Below are positions 50,101-64,000 of a stretch of 64,000 nt of DNA, piece after piece. The stretch comes from Selaginella moellendorffii (Eukaryota; Plantae; Lycopodiophyta). How positions within the stretch are numbered: the first letter of the stretch is position 1; every line of letters starts with the position of its first letter. Made by a program: the position numbers and the translations under genes. Location: NCBI RefSeq assembly GCF_000143415.4, contig NW_003314291.1:1530517-1594516 (forward strand), in the 5' to 3' direction. The notes under the pieces are model-generated. The model was given only the letters and a program-made list of their open reading frames with translations. It was not told the origin of the DNA and made no database searches.

Positions 50101-51088
50101 NNNNNNNNNNNNNNNNNNNNNNNNNNNNNNNNNNNNNNNNNNNNNNNNNNNNNNNNNNNNNNNNNNNNNNNNNNNNNNNNNNNNNNNNNNNNNNNNNNNN
50201 NNNNNNNNNNNNNNNNNNNNNNNNNNNNNNNNNNNNNNNNNNNNNNNNNNNNNNNNNNNNNNNNNNNNNNNNNNNNNNNNNNNNNNNNNNNNNNNNNNNN
50301 NNNNNNNNNNNNNNNNNNNNNNNNNNNNNNNNNNNNNNNNNNNNNNNNNNNNNNNNNNNNNNNNNNNNNNNNNNNNNNNNNNNNNNNNNNNNNNNNNNNN
50401 NNNNNNNNNNNNNNNNNNNNNNNNNNNNNNNNNNNNNNNNNNNNNNNNNNNNNNNNNNNNNNNNNNNNNNNNNNNNNNNNNNNNNNNNNNNNNNNNNNNN
50501 NNNNNNNNNNNNNNNNNNNNNNNNNNNNNNNNNNNNNNNNNNNNNNNNNNNNNNNNNNNNNNNNNNNNNNNNNNNNNNNNNNNNNNNNNNNNNNNNNNNN
50601 NNNNNNNNNNNNNNNNNNNNNNNNNNNNNNNNNNNNNNNNNNNNNNNNNNNNNNNNNNNNNNNNNNNNNNNNNNNNNNNNNNNNNNNNNNNNNNNNNNNN
50701 NNNNNNNNNNNNNNNNNNNNNNNNNNNNNNNNNNNNNNNNNNNNNNNNNNNNNNNNNNNNNNGGCTATGGAAGATGGACCAAGAGATTGAACAAGATTCC
50801 CCAAAAAGGGTGATCACCGGTACAACTCATCCTTAGGACAAGAACTTCATTGGGGGGGAAGAATTGTTAAGTGCCAATTTTGACCACTTGGTCAATTTTG
50901 GTCAAAGGGAAGCTATCAAGGCATGTTAGGGTAAGGAATTTAACCTACCCTAGGGCTCACAGTGGAGCGGCGGTGTAATGGAGCTTTTGAGGTAGCTCGG
51001 GGGTGGTTGGGTGGTGAGGAACCTCAAGAGGTGGTGTAGCATAGTCTAGTGTGACTAGATCTCTGTCTTTTTGCGCTGGATCATAACA
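47185..51088 (+). mobile_element. Decayed Ty3/gypsy element (family C) nested in the family B gag
   Basis: Truncated 5' LTR about 47185-47358, 3' LTR 50865-51088 (TGTTA...TAACA) after a G-rich PPT, ILLDSGS protease, [18 protein letters not shown]. Assembly gap at 50080-50762. Confidence 0.82.
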
Positions 51089-53183
51089 ATAAAACATGCC
51101 AAAGATTATGGTATTGTGGAATGGAAGTTAGCTAAGAGGTTAATTCTTGGTTGGAATTATGGGAAAGTTGCTGGTCTCACAATCCTTGTGAGAATAAAGT
51201 GAAGATTGATTTTTTTTGTGATGAAGCTTATAGGCCGTACTTCTTCATGGTGGAAGAGCTACATCAAAGTTAATCCAAAGCCAATTTCTTAGACTGATTT
51301 GACAAAGGTTTTTCTCACTTCGTTTGTCAAGAAGTTTGAAAAGGTTAATCTCGTGAACTAGTTGTTAGAGATCTGGTAAGGGACTTTATCTTTGGATGCG
51401 TATGCCTGTAAGTTTTGTGATCTTTGCCTTAGTCTCACGGGCACCTATAATGAGTTACTCAAGATGCAATGTTTTATCAAAAGTTTGAGCTCGGTGTATG
51501 TGTAGCATAAGGTTAAGAAGGACCACCCTTTCCAAAGACAGGTCATTATGAATTTTTGGTGATGCCATTTAGTTTAACAAATGCTCCTGCAACTTTTCAA
51601 AAATTGATGAATCAAGTTCTACAGCCTTGCTTGGGAAAGTTTGCAATTAATTATTTTGATGATATCCTAGTATTTAGCTCTTATGTGGAGGAACACAAGA
51701 TGCATGTGCAAAGTGTTTTACAATTTTTGAGGGACAACAAACTCTATTCGAAGTTATTAAAGTGCGAGTTTTTCTTAAACGAGATTGGATATCTTAGACA
51801 TTTGATTTCAATACATGGTGTAAGAGTTGATCCCGCAAAGATTCAGGTTGTGGTTGATTGGCCTATACCTTTGATAATACATGATCTCCCTATACCTAAA
51901 ACGTCATCCTCAATTTTTCCCCTTCCTCAGGAATGTCATCCAAGTCATAACTAAAACTTGGAAACACTCTCTTCACGTCATCCTCAGTTTCCTATGTAGC
52001 TTGGTCCATGGAATAACTATTCCCCTGAACTAACATCACTCTAGTTGTTTTTGGCATGTTTTCACCAATCTTTGAGCAAGAATATTGGCTGGACCAGCCT
52101 TCTCAACATCAATCTCTAGGATCTAGATGATGGACTGATTTATGACATCACCAAAGTGCAAATACACTTTAAACTTGCTCACATGGAACGTTGGATGAAT
52201 CTTCAAATTAGTTGGCAAGTCCAAAGTGTATACAAGATCTTCCACACGCTGTAAAATTGTCTAAGGCCCACAATATCATGGAGACAACTTAGCACTGCCA
52301 CCTTCTTTCAGAGACCATTGTGCATTTGACAGCTTAAGGAAAACTTTGTCACCAACTTTGTACTCTTGATGACGACAATACTCATCAGCCATTCTTTTGT
52401 CTTGATCTTGAGCTTGCCTCATGTTCAACTTTGCCAATTCAAGCTTGTCTTGCATATCCTTTCAGGAAATCACAAGCATGAAGTATCTGAACCAAAGCCA
52501 AACTCAAACTCATAGAAGACTTAGGCTTATAGCCATACATTGCCATAAAAGGAGACATGCCAATAGCCGATTGATAAGCACTATTATGAGAAAACTGAAG
52601 CAAAGGTAAATATTTCTCCCATACTCCTTGTCAAATCAAGTTTCCCATAAAAGTCCTTAGCATATTTTCTAATAGCTAATTCATGCACTTTGTTTGCCCA
52701 TCTCATTGTGGATGCTCACCACTACTCATGCTCAGTTTAGTCTCTAGCTTCTCAAAGACCATTTGCCAAAACTTGGACGTGAACTTGGGATCCCGATCAC
52801 TTATAATGCCACTTGGTAAACCATAGAGATTGAATAACCAGTCTACAAACAACTAAGCAAGTTCAAAAGCTTTTATCGTCATTTTTACGAGGAAGAAGTG
52901 AGCCATCTTTGTCAAACAATTCACAACAACCTAAATAATATCATTTACTCGAAAGGTTTTGGGCAAACTAGTGATAAAGTCCATCGAGATGCTATCCCAC
53001 TTATTCTCGGATACACGTAAAGGATGATAGAGGCTAGTGAACTTCTGATGATCAACTTTGACTATTTGGTAGATAAAACAACTATGTACGTACTTCTCAA
53101 CATCTAACTTCATCCCAGGCCAAAAGAAATGCCTTTTCACTAATATATATGTTCTCAGTACCCCTGGATGCCCAGCACTTAGC

Positions 53184-56100
53184 TGTAAGGAACCGACTCC
53201 CCGAGGTGTTGAAAGCTAAAGGATCCCCAAAGGCACGACCAAAATAATAAAGAGTTCATCGGATGGGATCGAGTCTGGGATTGAGTCCAAGATCGACTCT
53301 AAGAGTGAGTTCGAGACCGAGTCTGAGATCGAGTCTGAGACCAAGTCTGAGACTGAGTTTGAGATTGAGTCCGAGATCCAATATTGGGTCCGAGACCGAG
53401 TCCGAGATAGAGGGGGTGGCTGCAGGGGGTTCCAAAAGTATAGTAGTCTAGGAACCAGTCTTGAAAGAACTTTCTAGTGGTGCTTCCAAACTGACTTGAG
53501 GTTGAGATTGGGTCTGAGAGGCCTTGGGTGGGAGTGAGCATGGACTTGTGTGGTGTTGGAAGGGCCACCCACGGAAGTGCTCAAGAGTAATTCCCACTCC
53601 CAGAAGGGAAACTGACTATGGTGCTCTCGACTCATGTGGAATGGTGCCCCACTTGAGTACCTTGCGGCTCATTGGTCCTCACCCTTCCTAGGGGCTTAGG
53701 CCTTCCCTTCGGGATGGAAGTGGGGGGTAGAGATACCCATACCAGGCCGTTAGGCCACAGTGTTTTGCCCCAGCATCCCGAAGCAAGTGTTGCACCCAAG
53801 GCCTGGGATTTAGAGGGTCCCATGATCAAGTCTTGTTGTACCAAGGGATATTAGGAACTTGGAGGCTTGGTGTGTTTGGCTGTTTGTGCTTGCGGGGAGT
53901 GTAACCTAATCTTAAGTCCAGTCTAACCCGGAGAGGGGGATTGGGAGAGATTTGGGAATTCATGGATAGATGGCTAACGCTCTATTGCTCATGTAGTGAG
54001 TAGTTGAAACCAAGTAGGACCAAGTAGAAGCTGGTACAATAGGCGAGGAACTTTGGTTAGGGAACTTAGCTAAAGCCAAGGAAGTGTTGGTCAGATAGAT
54101 GAGGTAAGCTAGTTGGTAAGATTGAGTTGGTCGAAAGTGCTAAGGTGGTCTCGTTTGAACGAAAAGGATCTCGAGGAGCTCAAACACCAACTATAAGAGT
54201 TGGTGGACAAAAGGTATGTTAGGTTGAGCAAGTTGCTATATGGGGTGCCGATGTTATTTGTGAAAAAGAAAGATGGTTCTATGCGCATATGCATAGATTA
54301 CCGATTGCTCAACAAGTATACAAAGAAGAACAAGTACTTTTCAAGGATTGACCTAATGTCAAGATACTACCAAATTAGGGTAGCAGAGGAAGATGTCAAG
54401 AAGACAACCTATCAAACAAGGTATGGGAGCTTTGAGTTTCTGGTGATGCCTTTCGGGCTATGCAATGTGTCGGCAACATTTTCGACTTTGATGAACCACA
54501 TCTTTGTACCCTATCTGGATCACTTCGTGGTCGTTTATATTGACGACATCCTGATCTATAGCGAAACACTAGAGGAGCATGCCAAACTCTTAACGAAAGT
54601 GTTTGAGAAACTAAGAGAACACCAGCTATATGCTAAAGAGAGCAAATGTGACTTTTCTCAACAAAAGATAAAGTTTCTCGGGCATGTGATAGGCAAATAT
54701 GGGCTCAAGGTGGACCTTGAGAAGGTCCAAGCGATCTAGGAATGGGAATGACCATCAAATGTACATGAGTTAAGGGCATTCTTGGGGCTATGCAATTACA
54801 ACTGAAAGTTTATCAAACACTATTCGAGAGTAGCCCTACCTTTAACAAACCAAATGGGAAAAGGGAAGATCGTATGGATAACGGAATGCGAGGCAGCATT
54901 TATCCTCCTCAAAGGGAAGTTGATGAAGGCTCCTATGTTGGCGTTACTAGATTTTGATAAGGACTTTGAGGTAGAAACGGATGCTTCAGACTTTGCATTG
55001 AGCGCAGTGTTGAAGCAAGACAACCATCCAATAGCGTTCTTTTGGAAGAAGTTGGACAAGGCTCAGTAGAAGTGGCCTGCCCACAAGAAGGAATCGTTTG
55101 TGGTGGTCAAGGTGCTCAAGGAGTGGAGACACTACCTTGGGAGACACTTCAAGGTTTATATGGACAATGTGGCAACAAAACACTTCTTGTCATAGCCCGA
55201 ACTGAGAGGGAAAAAGGGTCAGTGGGCCAATGCTTTGGCCGAGTTTGATTGCGAGATTTTGTACAAGCCTGGGAAGAGCAACATCGTGGTGGATGCTCTA
55301 AGTCAAAAAACGAGCATGAAGTTGGTAATATCCAGCGCGATAACAACCTTTTGGGACGATGTGCGGACAGCATATGAGAATGATGGTCTAGTACAAGAAG
55401 TGTTGCTGAGGAATCTAGAGGCACAGGAAACTCACCAGAGAAGTGAGCTGCCATTGGAAGAGAAAATAGGCTATGCAGAAATGCAATGGACTCATCTATT
55501 ATAAACAAACGAGGGTGTATGTTCTAGAAGGGGAACTAAGAAAGGTAGCATTAGAAGAGTGTCATGACGGACCTTTTGCGAGACACAGCGGAGTGCCCAA
55601 GACAATGGGCTTACTCAAGAGGAAGTATCACTGGCTAGGTATAGCTAAGGATATCCAAGATTATGTAAAGACATATACAACATGTCAACAGGTCAAAGCT
55701 GTGACTAAGGCTAGTGGGGGCTTGTTACAAAGCATCCCAATTCTAGATCATCAGTGGAAATGTCTTACGATGGACTTTATCACGGGACTCCCCCCAAGTG
55801 AGGGGTTTGATGCAATATTCGTGGTGGTGGACCGATTTTCGAAAATGGCACATTTCATACCCACCATAATGGAAATGGATGCGGAAGGTGTGGCAAAGCT
55901 ATTTTTCAAACAAGTGGTTCAAGTGCGGGGAAGGCTAGAGGAGATCATCTTAAATCGAGATAAGATCTTCATCAGTAGGTTTTAGAGAACTCTCCTGGAA
56001 TAGTATCGCACCAAGTTGAAATTTAGCACAACCTATCACCCATAGATAAGTATTGGGTATTAAGTCAAGTTGGATGGCACTAACACTTTTTGACAGATGG

Positions 56101-59100
56101 ACAAACGAAAAGGGTGAATAGGCAGCTGGAGGATTATTTGCAATGCTATGTCTCAGGAGACCAACCCAATTGGGTAAGTCATTTAGGACTTGCGGAAATG
56201 TGTTATAACAACTCACCACATTCGAGTATCGGGGTGAGTCTATGGGAAGTCATCAATGGGCGAGCTATTGAAGGTCCTATGGAACTCGGCGTGGCCGAGT
56301 ATCATGGAGAGTTACCCGTGGTGGAGGCATTCACGGCAAAAAGACTCAATATTTGAAATTTAGTGAGGGATTCCTTGGAACGGGCTCAACAAAGGCAAAC
56401 CAAGTACGTGAACTAAAAGTGCCGGGATGTAGAGTTCCATTTGGGGAGAAGGTGTGGCTGAACACCAAGAACCTAAGGCTACTAAGTGGGATCAGCCAGA
56501 AGTTGACCCAAAGGTATAAATGCATGTATTCCTGGAAATGAACTAATCTTGAGTTCCTCAAGCAGGTTCGCAGGGCCCTATGAGATTGAGGCACGAATCA
56601 GTAAAGTGGCTTACCGCCTCTGACTTTCTCGAGAAATGGGGAAGATGCACCTAGTGTTTTATGTGAACTTACTCAAGCCGTACTTTCAGGATTCGCTTCG
56701 CAAGGACCAAATAAGACCTTTACCTGATGTTATCCAAAGGGAAAAGGAATACGAAGTTGAGGCCATCCTCAATGTGTGCGAGAGCAAAAGACAAGGATGC
56801 GAGGTGAGGGAGTTCCATGTGAAGTGGAAAGAATTTCCGCACTGCGAAGCAACATGGGAACCGAAAGAAAACATAACAAATGTGGAAGATCTAGTGGAGG
56901 AATTTCTGTAAGGTAGAACTTTATGTACTTATGCAAAATTCAATTAAAGTATCAATTTGTGAAGTTGAGCAATTGCATATATTGGGACCCAAAAGCGCGT
57001 CGAAGGTAAGCTAATTAGCATGGGTTAGCTAAGTTGACAAAGCATAGAAAACTACGCTTGACTCCCCACGGGGATGTTAAATCTATAAACATATTCTACG
57101 GAGGTTGGGTTCAAGTCCCAACCCTCTAGTAAAGCAAAGCTGGGTTCAAGTCCTAACCCCATACTAGGGCATGGTGAGGGGAGGGATGTAGGGACACCTA
57201 TACTCTGTTGTCATGAGCGTTTTTGGCCGGGGAGGCTAACTTAGGCACACTGATAAGTGGGGGGATGCCCCCGGAGACATGGTCAACAAGTTGTAGAATT
57301 AAAAAGAGGTGTTCAATGTGGGCATTGAACTTCTTTTATGGGTAGTAGAGTTGTAAGGAACCAACTCCCCGAGGTGTCGAAAGCTAAAGGATCCCCGAAG
57401 GCACGACAAAAATGATAAAGAGTTCATCAGATGGGACCGAGTCCGAGACCAACTCTAAGACTGAGTTTAAGACTGAGTTCAAGATCAAATTTGAGACCGA
57501 GTTCGAGACTGAGTTCGAGACCGAGTCCGAGACCGAGTTTGAGACCGAGTCCGAGATCCGATATTGGGTTCGAGACAAAGTCCAAGGTCGGGTCCGAGAT
57601 CAAGTCTAAGATCAAGTGCGAGACCGAGTCCGAATACTAATACAGGTCATGGGGTGAAAGCCCAAAGCATGTATCTACCAGGGGGGGGGGGGGGGGGGGG
57701 TTAAGGATAATGAGGTTTAAGAATCAATCTTGAAGGAACTCTCTAGTGGTGCTTCCAAATTAACTTGAGGTTGAAACTGGGGCCCAAGGGTCTTGGGTGG
57801 GAGTGAGTATGGACTCCTGTGGTGCCGGAGGGGCCACCCATGGAAGTGCTCAAGAGCAACTCCCACACCCGGAAGGGAAACCGACTATGGTGTTCCCAGC
57901 TCATGTGGAGTGGTGCCCCATTTGAGTACCTTGTGGCTCATTGGTCCTCGCTCTTTCTAGGGGCTTAGGCCTTCCCTTCAAGATGGAAGTAGGGGGGGTA
58001 GAGGTACCCTGTAAGCGACTAATTTTCCATTTTACTTTAGTTACTTAACCACATCTCCGACCACTTGGAAGAGTCTCATTCACAACCTCCATAAGTCCCA
58101 GTTAGGACTTGGGGCCTGCTAGCCTCGAGAATGGCATCCATGCCACTCAACCTTTGCACTTGGTCCAAGTGCTCCACGTGTCCGATCCCATGACTGACAC
58201 CCCAAGGTACCACCGACATATCGGCCTGTTATGCTAAGGCCATGCCCATTCACCTTGGTCACACCGGTGGTCTAACACCACCTGCATCATAGTCCCGTCT
58301 CTCAAAGACTGGGCCATCCATCCGTGAGTGATCATCCCAAATCTAGTTAGCATCCTTAAGATGCCCACAGACATGGGGAATAGCCTTCCCCGACAACTCT
58401 TTTCCAGTCCCCACCAAGTCCTTTTTTTTCCATTTCCGTGTTCGCCAACACTGCCACTAGATCAAGGCCCGCAAGCCCGACCTCTAAGTCCCACTATCCT
58501 TTGGGACTTCCTCACCATATGACCATATCCTTGGTCACTGCACTAGAGGATTGCTCCTCTTCCCTTTCACCATTTGGGACTTTGGGATAACATTTCGGAA
58601 TACTATGGCCTTACGCAAGCCTCATGGGTACTCTCCCCACCTTTCGCCTTTAGGTGCTTTAGCCATAGGCCTAGAGCGAAGTTCCATTGAGCCACGTCAG
58701 GTATCCAAGTAGGTAGTGCCACTTACACTTGGATTGAGAGCATCAGCTAGTCAATCTCCCGGGGGAACTAGAGCCGGCTCTTGAACACTTCACCAAACTA
58801 CCCCGCTTGTTGGTCCATGTTCACTCTAGTCTTGGACTTCCCAGTGGGCAGCTCATCATCCAACACTGGGTACAGCCTTCCTAGGCCAAACTAGCCTTTC
58901 CTGGCCAAACTGGCTCCATTACAGTCCTCCCCCTCACTATACTTTTGGAGCTCACCAAATCCCCCAGGGTCTGGGAGATGAATGCTTTGGGCTTTCACCC
59001 TTTCAAACTCGAACTCGGACTCGGACTCGGACTCGGACTTGGACTTGGACTCGGCCTCGGTCTCGGCCTCGGCCTCGGCCCCGATCTCGGTCTCGGTCCC

Positions 59101-60081
59101 GATCTCGGTCTCGGTTTCGGTCCCGGTCCCGGTCCCGGTCTTGGTCTCGACTTCAGACTCCATCTCAGGTCCATCTCGGACTCCATCTCGGACTCCATCT
59201 CAGACTCCATCTCGGGTCCATCTCGGACTCCATCTCGGACTCCATCTCAGATCCATCTCAGACTCCATCTCGGACTCCATCTCGGGTCCATCTCGGACTC
59301 CATCTAAGACTCCATCTCAGGTTCATCTTGGACTCCATCTTGGACTCCATCTCGGGGTCCTTCTTGGACTCCACTTCGGACTCCATCTCGGGGTCCTTCT
59401 CGGACTCCACTTTGGACTCCAACTCGGATCCATCTCGGACACTTCCACGTGTCATGTGTTGGTCTTTTTGGGTCCCTTTTTGGAGCCTTGCTTATTGCTC
59501 GCCTCATGCTCATTCCTCAAGCACTTTGTTGGGAGTTCCACTCCCGCTCTCGACCTTTCAAGTCAGAGCTTTTAGTCCAAACGTGTTACGCTCGTTTGGT
59601 TTTCGCTTCGGCCACCACCACATGACACCCTTCCGGTTCCACTTTGGGGCCTAGGGATTTTGTGTCTCACATACCCATACCAGGCCATTAGGCCATGGTG
59701 TTTTGCCCTAGTGTCCCGAAGCAAGTGTTTCACCCAATGCTTGGGATTTAGAGGGTCCCATGATCAAGTCTTGTTGTACCAAGGGATATTAAGAACCTGG
59801 AGGCTTGGTGTGCTTGGCTGCTTGTGCTTGCGGGGAGTGTAGCCTAACCTTAAGTCTAGTCTAACCCGGGGAGGGGGATTGGGAGAGATTTGGGAATCCG
59901 TGGATGGATAGCTAACGCTCTGTTGCTTGTGTAGTGAGTAGTTGAAACCAAATAGAACCAAATAGGAGCTGGTACAATAAACGTGGAACTTTGGCAAGGG
60001 AACTTAGCTAAAGCCAAGGAAGTGTTGGTCGGATAGATGAGGTAAGTTGGCAAATTGGAAAGGAAAAATTTGTGGCTTACA
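53184..60081 (+). mobile_element. Family A chromovirus copy 2 (gag and PR deleted), retaining the integrase introns
   Basis: 5' LTR 53184 to about 54110, pol 54117-56910, 3' LTR 57352-60081 (interrupted), TSD TTAGC on both sides. Introns at 56050-56096 and 56514-56565. Confidence 0.92.
58010..59671 (-). mobile_element. Solo LTR (family D, related to family A LTRs) inserted in reverse into the 3' LTR of copy 2
   Basis: TG...CA ends, TSD TACCC at 58005-58009 and 59672-59676, GGACTC/CATCTC hexamer array at about 59005-59440. Confidence 0.9.
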
Positions 60082-62692
60082 TTAGCACGTCATGACACTC
60101 AACCAAAATCTGTTTGATGAGTTTATCAACACAAAAAACCACCACATGTCCCTTCTTCACCAGGATTCCATCTCATATCTTGAATGACACACCCTTCAAA
60201 TCTGTAGAGGCATCCCTCAACAAAACTTTTGTGCAAATATTAGTGATAGAGGAATCAAAGTCAACAAACTCCTTCAACTCATCTAATAAATAGTTGGATA
60301 ACTTTATGAACAAGATAGAATTTACCATCTTGGATAATGCATCAATCACTTTATTGTCACCTCTATGTTTGTATCGGATCTTAATAGATATTTCTTGTAG
60401 AAACTCTTGCCAATGAGCAAGACGACTTCGAAGATTCTTTAGATTATTGAAATATTGGAGAGATTGTTGATCTGAATTTACATGGAAGTCTAATCTATAC
60501 AGATAATATTGCCATTCCTTCACAGCAGAAATCACAATATACAACTTTTTGTTATAAGTAGGCTAATTCCATTGTGTAGCATCAAATTTGTGGCTTATGA
60601 ACTCGTGTCAAAAGGGATTTTCCAACAATATTGACTGATGCCTATCACTAAGGCTTAGATCTTTTTGCTGAAACCATCAGTCAACTTGGTCAACTCTGGT
60701 CAATGGGGTAGTCAATGTGATGACCAACCCACCAATACTTCATCTTCAGGGAAGAAACAGCCATTGTTCTATCGTGGCTCAAAGAGTGGAGATGGTAATG
60801 AGGCCAAAAGACATTGTTTGGACCAGCGAGAGAATGACAAAGTGGAGGAAGGAATGACAAAGGAATGGTTTTATGACGGGAAACTAGGGATTGATTGGGA
60901 GTGTAATATTCTACATATCAAAGTTGGTGGCATTATGAAAGAGATTGTTAGAACAAACAATAGTGATACTCCATTGATTAACGCTTTGGAGTTGGTGACT
61001 TGCATGCATGAGATAGCTAACTCTTTCGTACCCATTTCTTTCTAATATGATCATATTTGATTTGGAGTACATTTGTGGGCATGGGGCTTGGTTGGATTCC
61101 ATTTAGGAGGAGTTCTATGATGTATTTCCGGATGAGTTGCCTGATGGTTTACCCTATGAATGTGGAATTTAGCATGAGATTGACTTTGTTCCTAGAGCTA
61201 CTCTTTATCAATGACAACCAACTCGCTTTAGTCCTAAAGATGAGGAGATTAATAGGCAGCTTATTGAATATCTACAGAAAAGGTAGTTACGAATCAGCAA
61301 GTCTCCTTGGGCTGCTCTAGTGGTGATGGTAAAGAAGAAAGATGGTATATAGTGTCTTTGCATAAACTACAAGGGATTGAAAGATCAAATAGTGAAGAAT
61401 ATGTTTCCAATCCCTTGTTTCGATGATTTGCTCGATTGTCTTCATGGTGCTTGATATTTTTTGAAGATCGATTTGAGGCAAGGGTATCATCAGATTTGTG
61501 TTAAGCTAAAGGATGTTTTGAAAACTACATTTCAAACAAGGACAGGTCACTACAAGTTTTTGGTGATGCCATTTGGTTTGACAAATGCTCCTGCAACTTT
61601 TCAGAGATTAATGAATCAAGTTCTACAGTCTTACTTGGGAAAGTTTGCAATTGATTATTTTGATGATATCCTAGTATTCAATTCTTCAATGGAGGAACAT
61701 AAGATGCATATGCAAAGTGTTTACAACTTTTGAGGGACAACAAGCTCTGCTCAAAGTTATCAAAGTGCAAGTTTTTCTTAGAGGAGATTGGATATTTTAG
61801 ACATTTGATTTTGGTACATGGAGTGAAAACTAATCCAATAAAGATTTAGGTTATGGTTGATTGATTTATACCTTTGACAGTGCATGATTCCTTGGTATGG
61901 CTAGAGTTTTTTGACGATTTGTGAAAGACTTTTCAGGGATAGTAGCCCCTTTGACCAATCTTCTCCAGAATATGTTGAAACATGCTACTATTCATGGTTG
62001 GGATGAGAAGTGTGAAGTGGCATTTCAACATTTGAAGCAGTGTTGTATCGTTGCTTTGGTGTTGAAGAATTTTTATCTTGAAAAACCTTTTGTGGTCAAG
62101 ATAGATGCAAGTGACATTACTATTGGAGCCGTATTACTTCAAGTTGGGCATCCTCTTGCATATTTGAGCCATAAGTTTGATGCCACACAGCAGAATTAGC
62201 CTACTCGAGACAAGGAGTTGTATGCTATGATTGTTGTTGTGAAGGAATGGCGACATTATTTGTATGGATTGGACTTCCATATGGATTCAGACCATCAGTT
62301 TCTCTAGTATTTTAGTTGACAAAAGGATCTTCGAGGCTGCCTTGCTCGTTGGTAAGAGGCTTGCAGGAAATGTCTATTAAGATCTAATACAAGCATGGAG
62401 GTGATAATAAGGTGGTTGATGCATTATCCAAGATGGTAAATTCTATCTCATTCATGAATTTATTTAGTGATCTCTTAGATGAAGCACTCTTTTCCACAGG
62501 CAAACCAAGTTTCTTCACCATCTTGGAGCTCAAAAAGTTGTGAGTAGCACCTGGATTGAAAAGAATACTCCCTAAATGTCCCTCTTGGCCTTCACAAGTT
62601 GATTGCATATAGAACCATTAATCTCTACAGAGTTGATATGAACTCAAAACTCAAAATCTTGAACTTTTGCCACAGGGTGTGGAAGAGCCACC

Positions 62693-63776
62693 TGTAAGCG
62701 ACTAAATTTTCCATTCTACTTTAGTCACTTAACCACACCTCTGACCACTTGGAGGAATCTCATTCACAACCTCCATAAGTCCAATCCAGGACTTGGGACT
62801 TGCTAGCCCCGAGAATGGCATCCATGCCACTCAACATTTGCACTTGGTCCAAGTGCTCCACGTGTCCGATCCCATGACCGACACTCAAAGGTACCACCGA
62901 CATAGCAGCCCATTACGCTAAGGCCATGCCCAATCACCTTTGCCACACTGGTAGTCCAATACCACTTGCATCACCGTCTTGGCTCTCCAAGACTAGGCAA
63001 ACCATCCGTGAGTGGTCATCTCAGATCCACTCCTTAGCATCCTTAGGATGCCCACCGACAAGGGGAATAGCCTTCCCCAATATCCCTCTGTCAGTCCCCA
63101 TTAAGTCCCTTTCTGCCCCTGGCCGTGTTTGCCAACACTGCCACTGGATCGAGACCCACAGGCCCGACCACTAAGTCCCACGGTCCTCTGGGACTTCCTC
63201 ACCACACGACTGTGTCCTTGGTCACTACCCCAGAGGACTGCTCCTCTTCCTTTCCATAGTCTGGGCCTTTGGGACAACATTTCGGAACACCGTGGCCTTA
63301 CGTGAGCCACCTGGGTACTCTCCTCGCCTTCTACCCTTGGGTGATCTAGCCATGGGCTTAGAGCGGGTTCCGTTGAGCCACGCCAGGTATCCAAGTAGGT
63401 AGTGCCACCCACACTTGGACTGGGAGCATCGGCCAGTCGATCTCCCGGGGGAACTAGAGCCGGCTCTTGAACAGTTCACCAAGCTACCCCGCTTGTCGGT
63501 CTGTGTTCACTCTAGTCTTGGACTTCCCAGTGGGCAGCTCATCACCCAACACTGGGTCCGGCCTTCCTGGGCCAAACTGGCCTTTCCTGGCCAAACTGGC
63601 TCCACTGCAGTCCTCCCCCTACTATACTTTTGGAGCTCACCAAACCCCCCAGGGTCTGGGAGACGAACGCTTTGGGCTTTCACCCTCTCAGGCTCCGGAC
63701 TCGGACTCGGACTCGGACTCGGACTCGGACTCGGATTCGGGCTCGGGCTCGGTCTCGGCCTCGGTCTTGGTCTCGA

Positions 63777-63808
<32 letters not shown>

Positions 63809-64000
63809 CCGGTCTCGGTCTCGACTTCGGACTCCATCTCGGACTCCATCTCGGGTCCAGCTCGGACTCCATCTCGGGTCCAGCTCGGACTCCATCTCGG
63901 ACTCCATTTCGGGTCCATCTCGGGTCCACCTCGGACTCCATCTCGGACTCCATCTCGGACTCCATCTCGGGTCCATCTCGGGTCCACCTCGGACTCCATC
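62693..64000 (-). mobile_element. Second family D LTR, running off the window end
   Basis: Starts TGTAAGCGACT as at 58010, is colinear with it, and has the hexamer array from about 63695. Confidence 0.88.

Larger units (their letters stand above)
46840..62692. mobile_element. Decayed, shattered family B chromovirus (LTR 46840-46933, PBS 46935-46946) with nested insertions
   Basis: Segments homologous to 23982-29117: 46840-47160(+), 51089-51525(+), 51530-51890(+), 51895-53183(-), 60087-60600(-), 60610-62480(+), 62480-62692(-). Internal boundaries are approximate. Confidence 0.85.

Noticed and set aside
50017-50836. Long ORFs in several frames
   Set aside because: They run through the assembly gap of Ns (50080-50762).
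57680-57700. Poly-G tract as a special G-quadruplex element
   Set aside because: A slippage-expanded version of the short G run present in the other family A LTRs.

Overview
Eukaryotic land-plant genomic DNA. The very short (about 50 nt) GT-AG introns, PLS-type PPR debris and cryptogam-type 5S motif suggest a lycophyte such as Selaginella; this is an inference. Well over half of the window is nested LTR retrotransposons: a decayed copia-like element with an inverted same-family solo LTR, a Cassandra-type TRIM carrying a 5S rRNA core, two copies of a Ty3/gypsy chromovirus, an intact compact chromovirus with 112-bp LTRs plus a shattered copy of it, and further solo LTRs. A central island holds pseudogene fragments (PPR, UGT, purple acid phosphatase, GRAS) and three apparently intact minus-strand genes: a THUMP methyltransferase, a divergent COI1/TIR1-like F-box and a GPA3-like Kelch protein. 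The most unusual observations are: (1) short spliceosomal introns interrupting the chromovirus integrase, conserved in both independent insertions; (2) a COI1/TIR1-like receptor with a remodelled pocket and a C-terminal tail of EAR-like DLNxP motifs; (3) the 5S-carrying TRIM; (4) a degenerate N4/N6 DNA-methyltransferase-like plus FCP1-like locus studded with a 22-bp palindrome; (5) a roughly 2-kb LTR-in-LTR hairpin.
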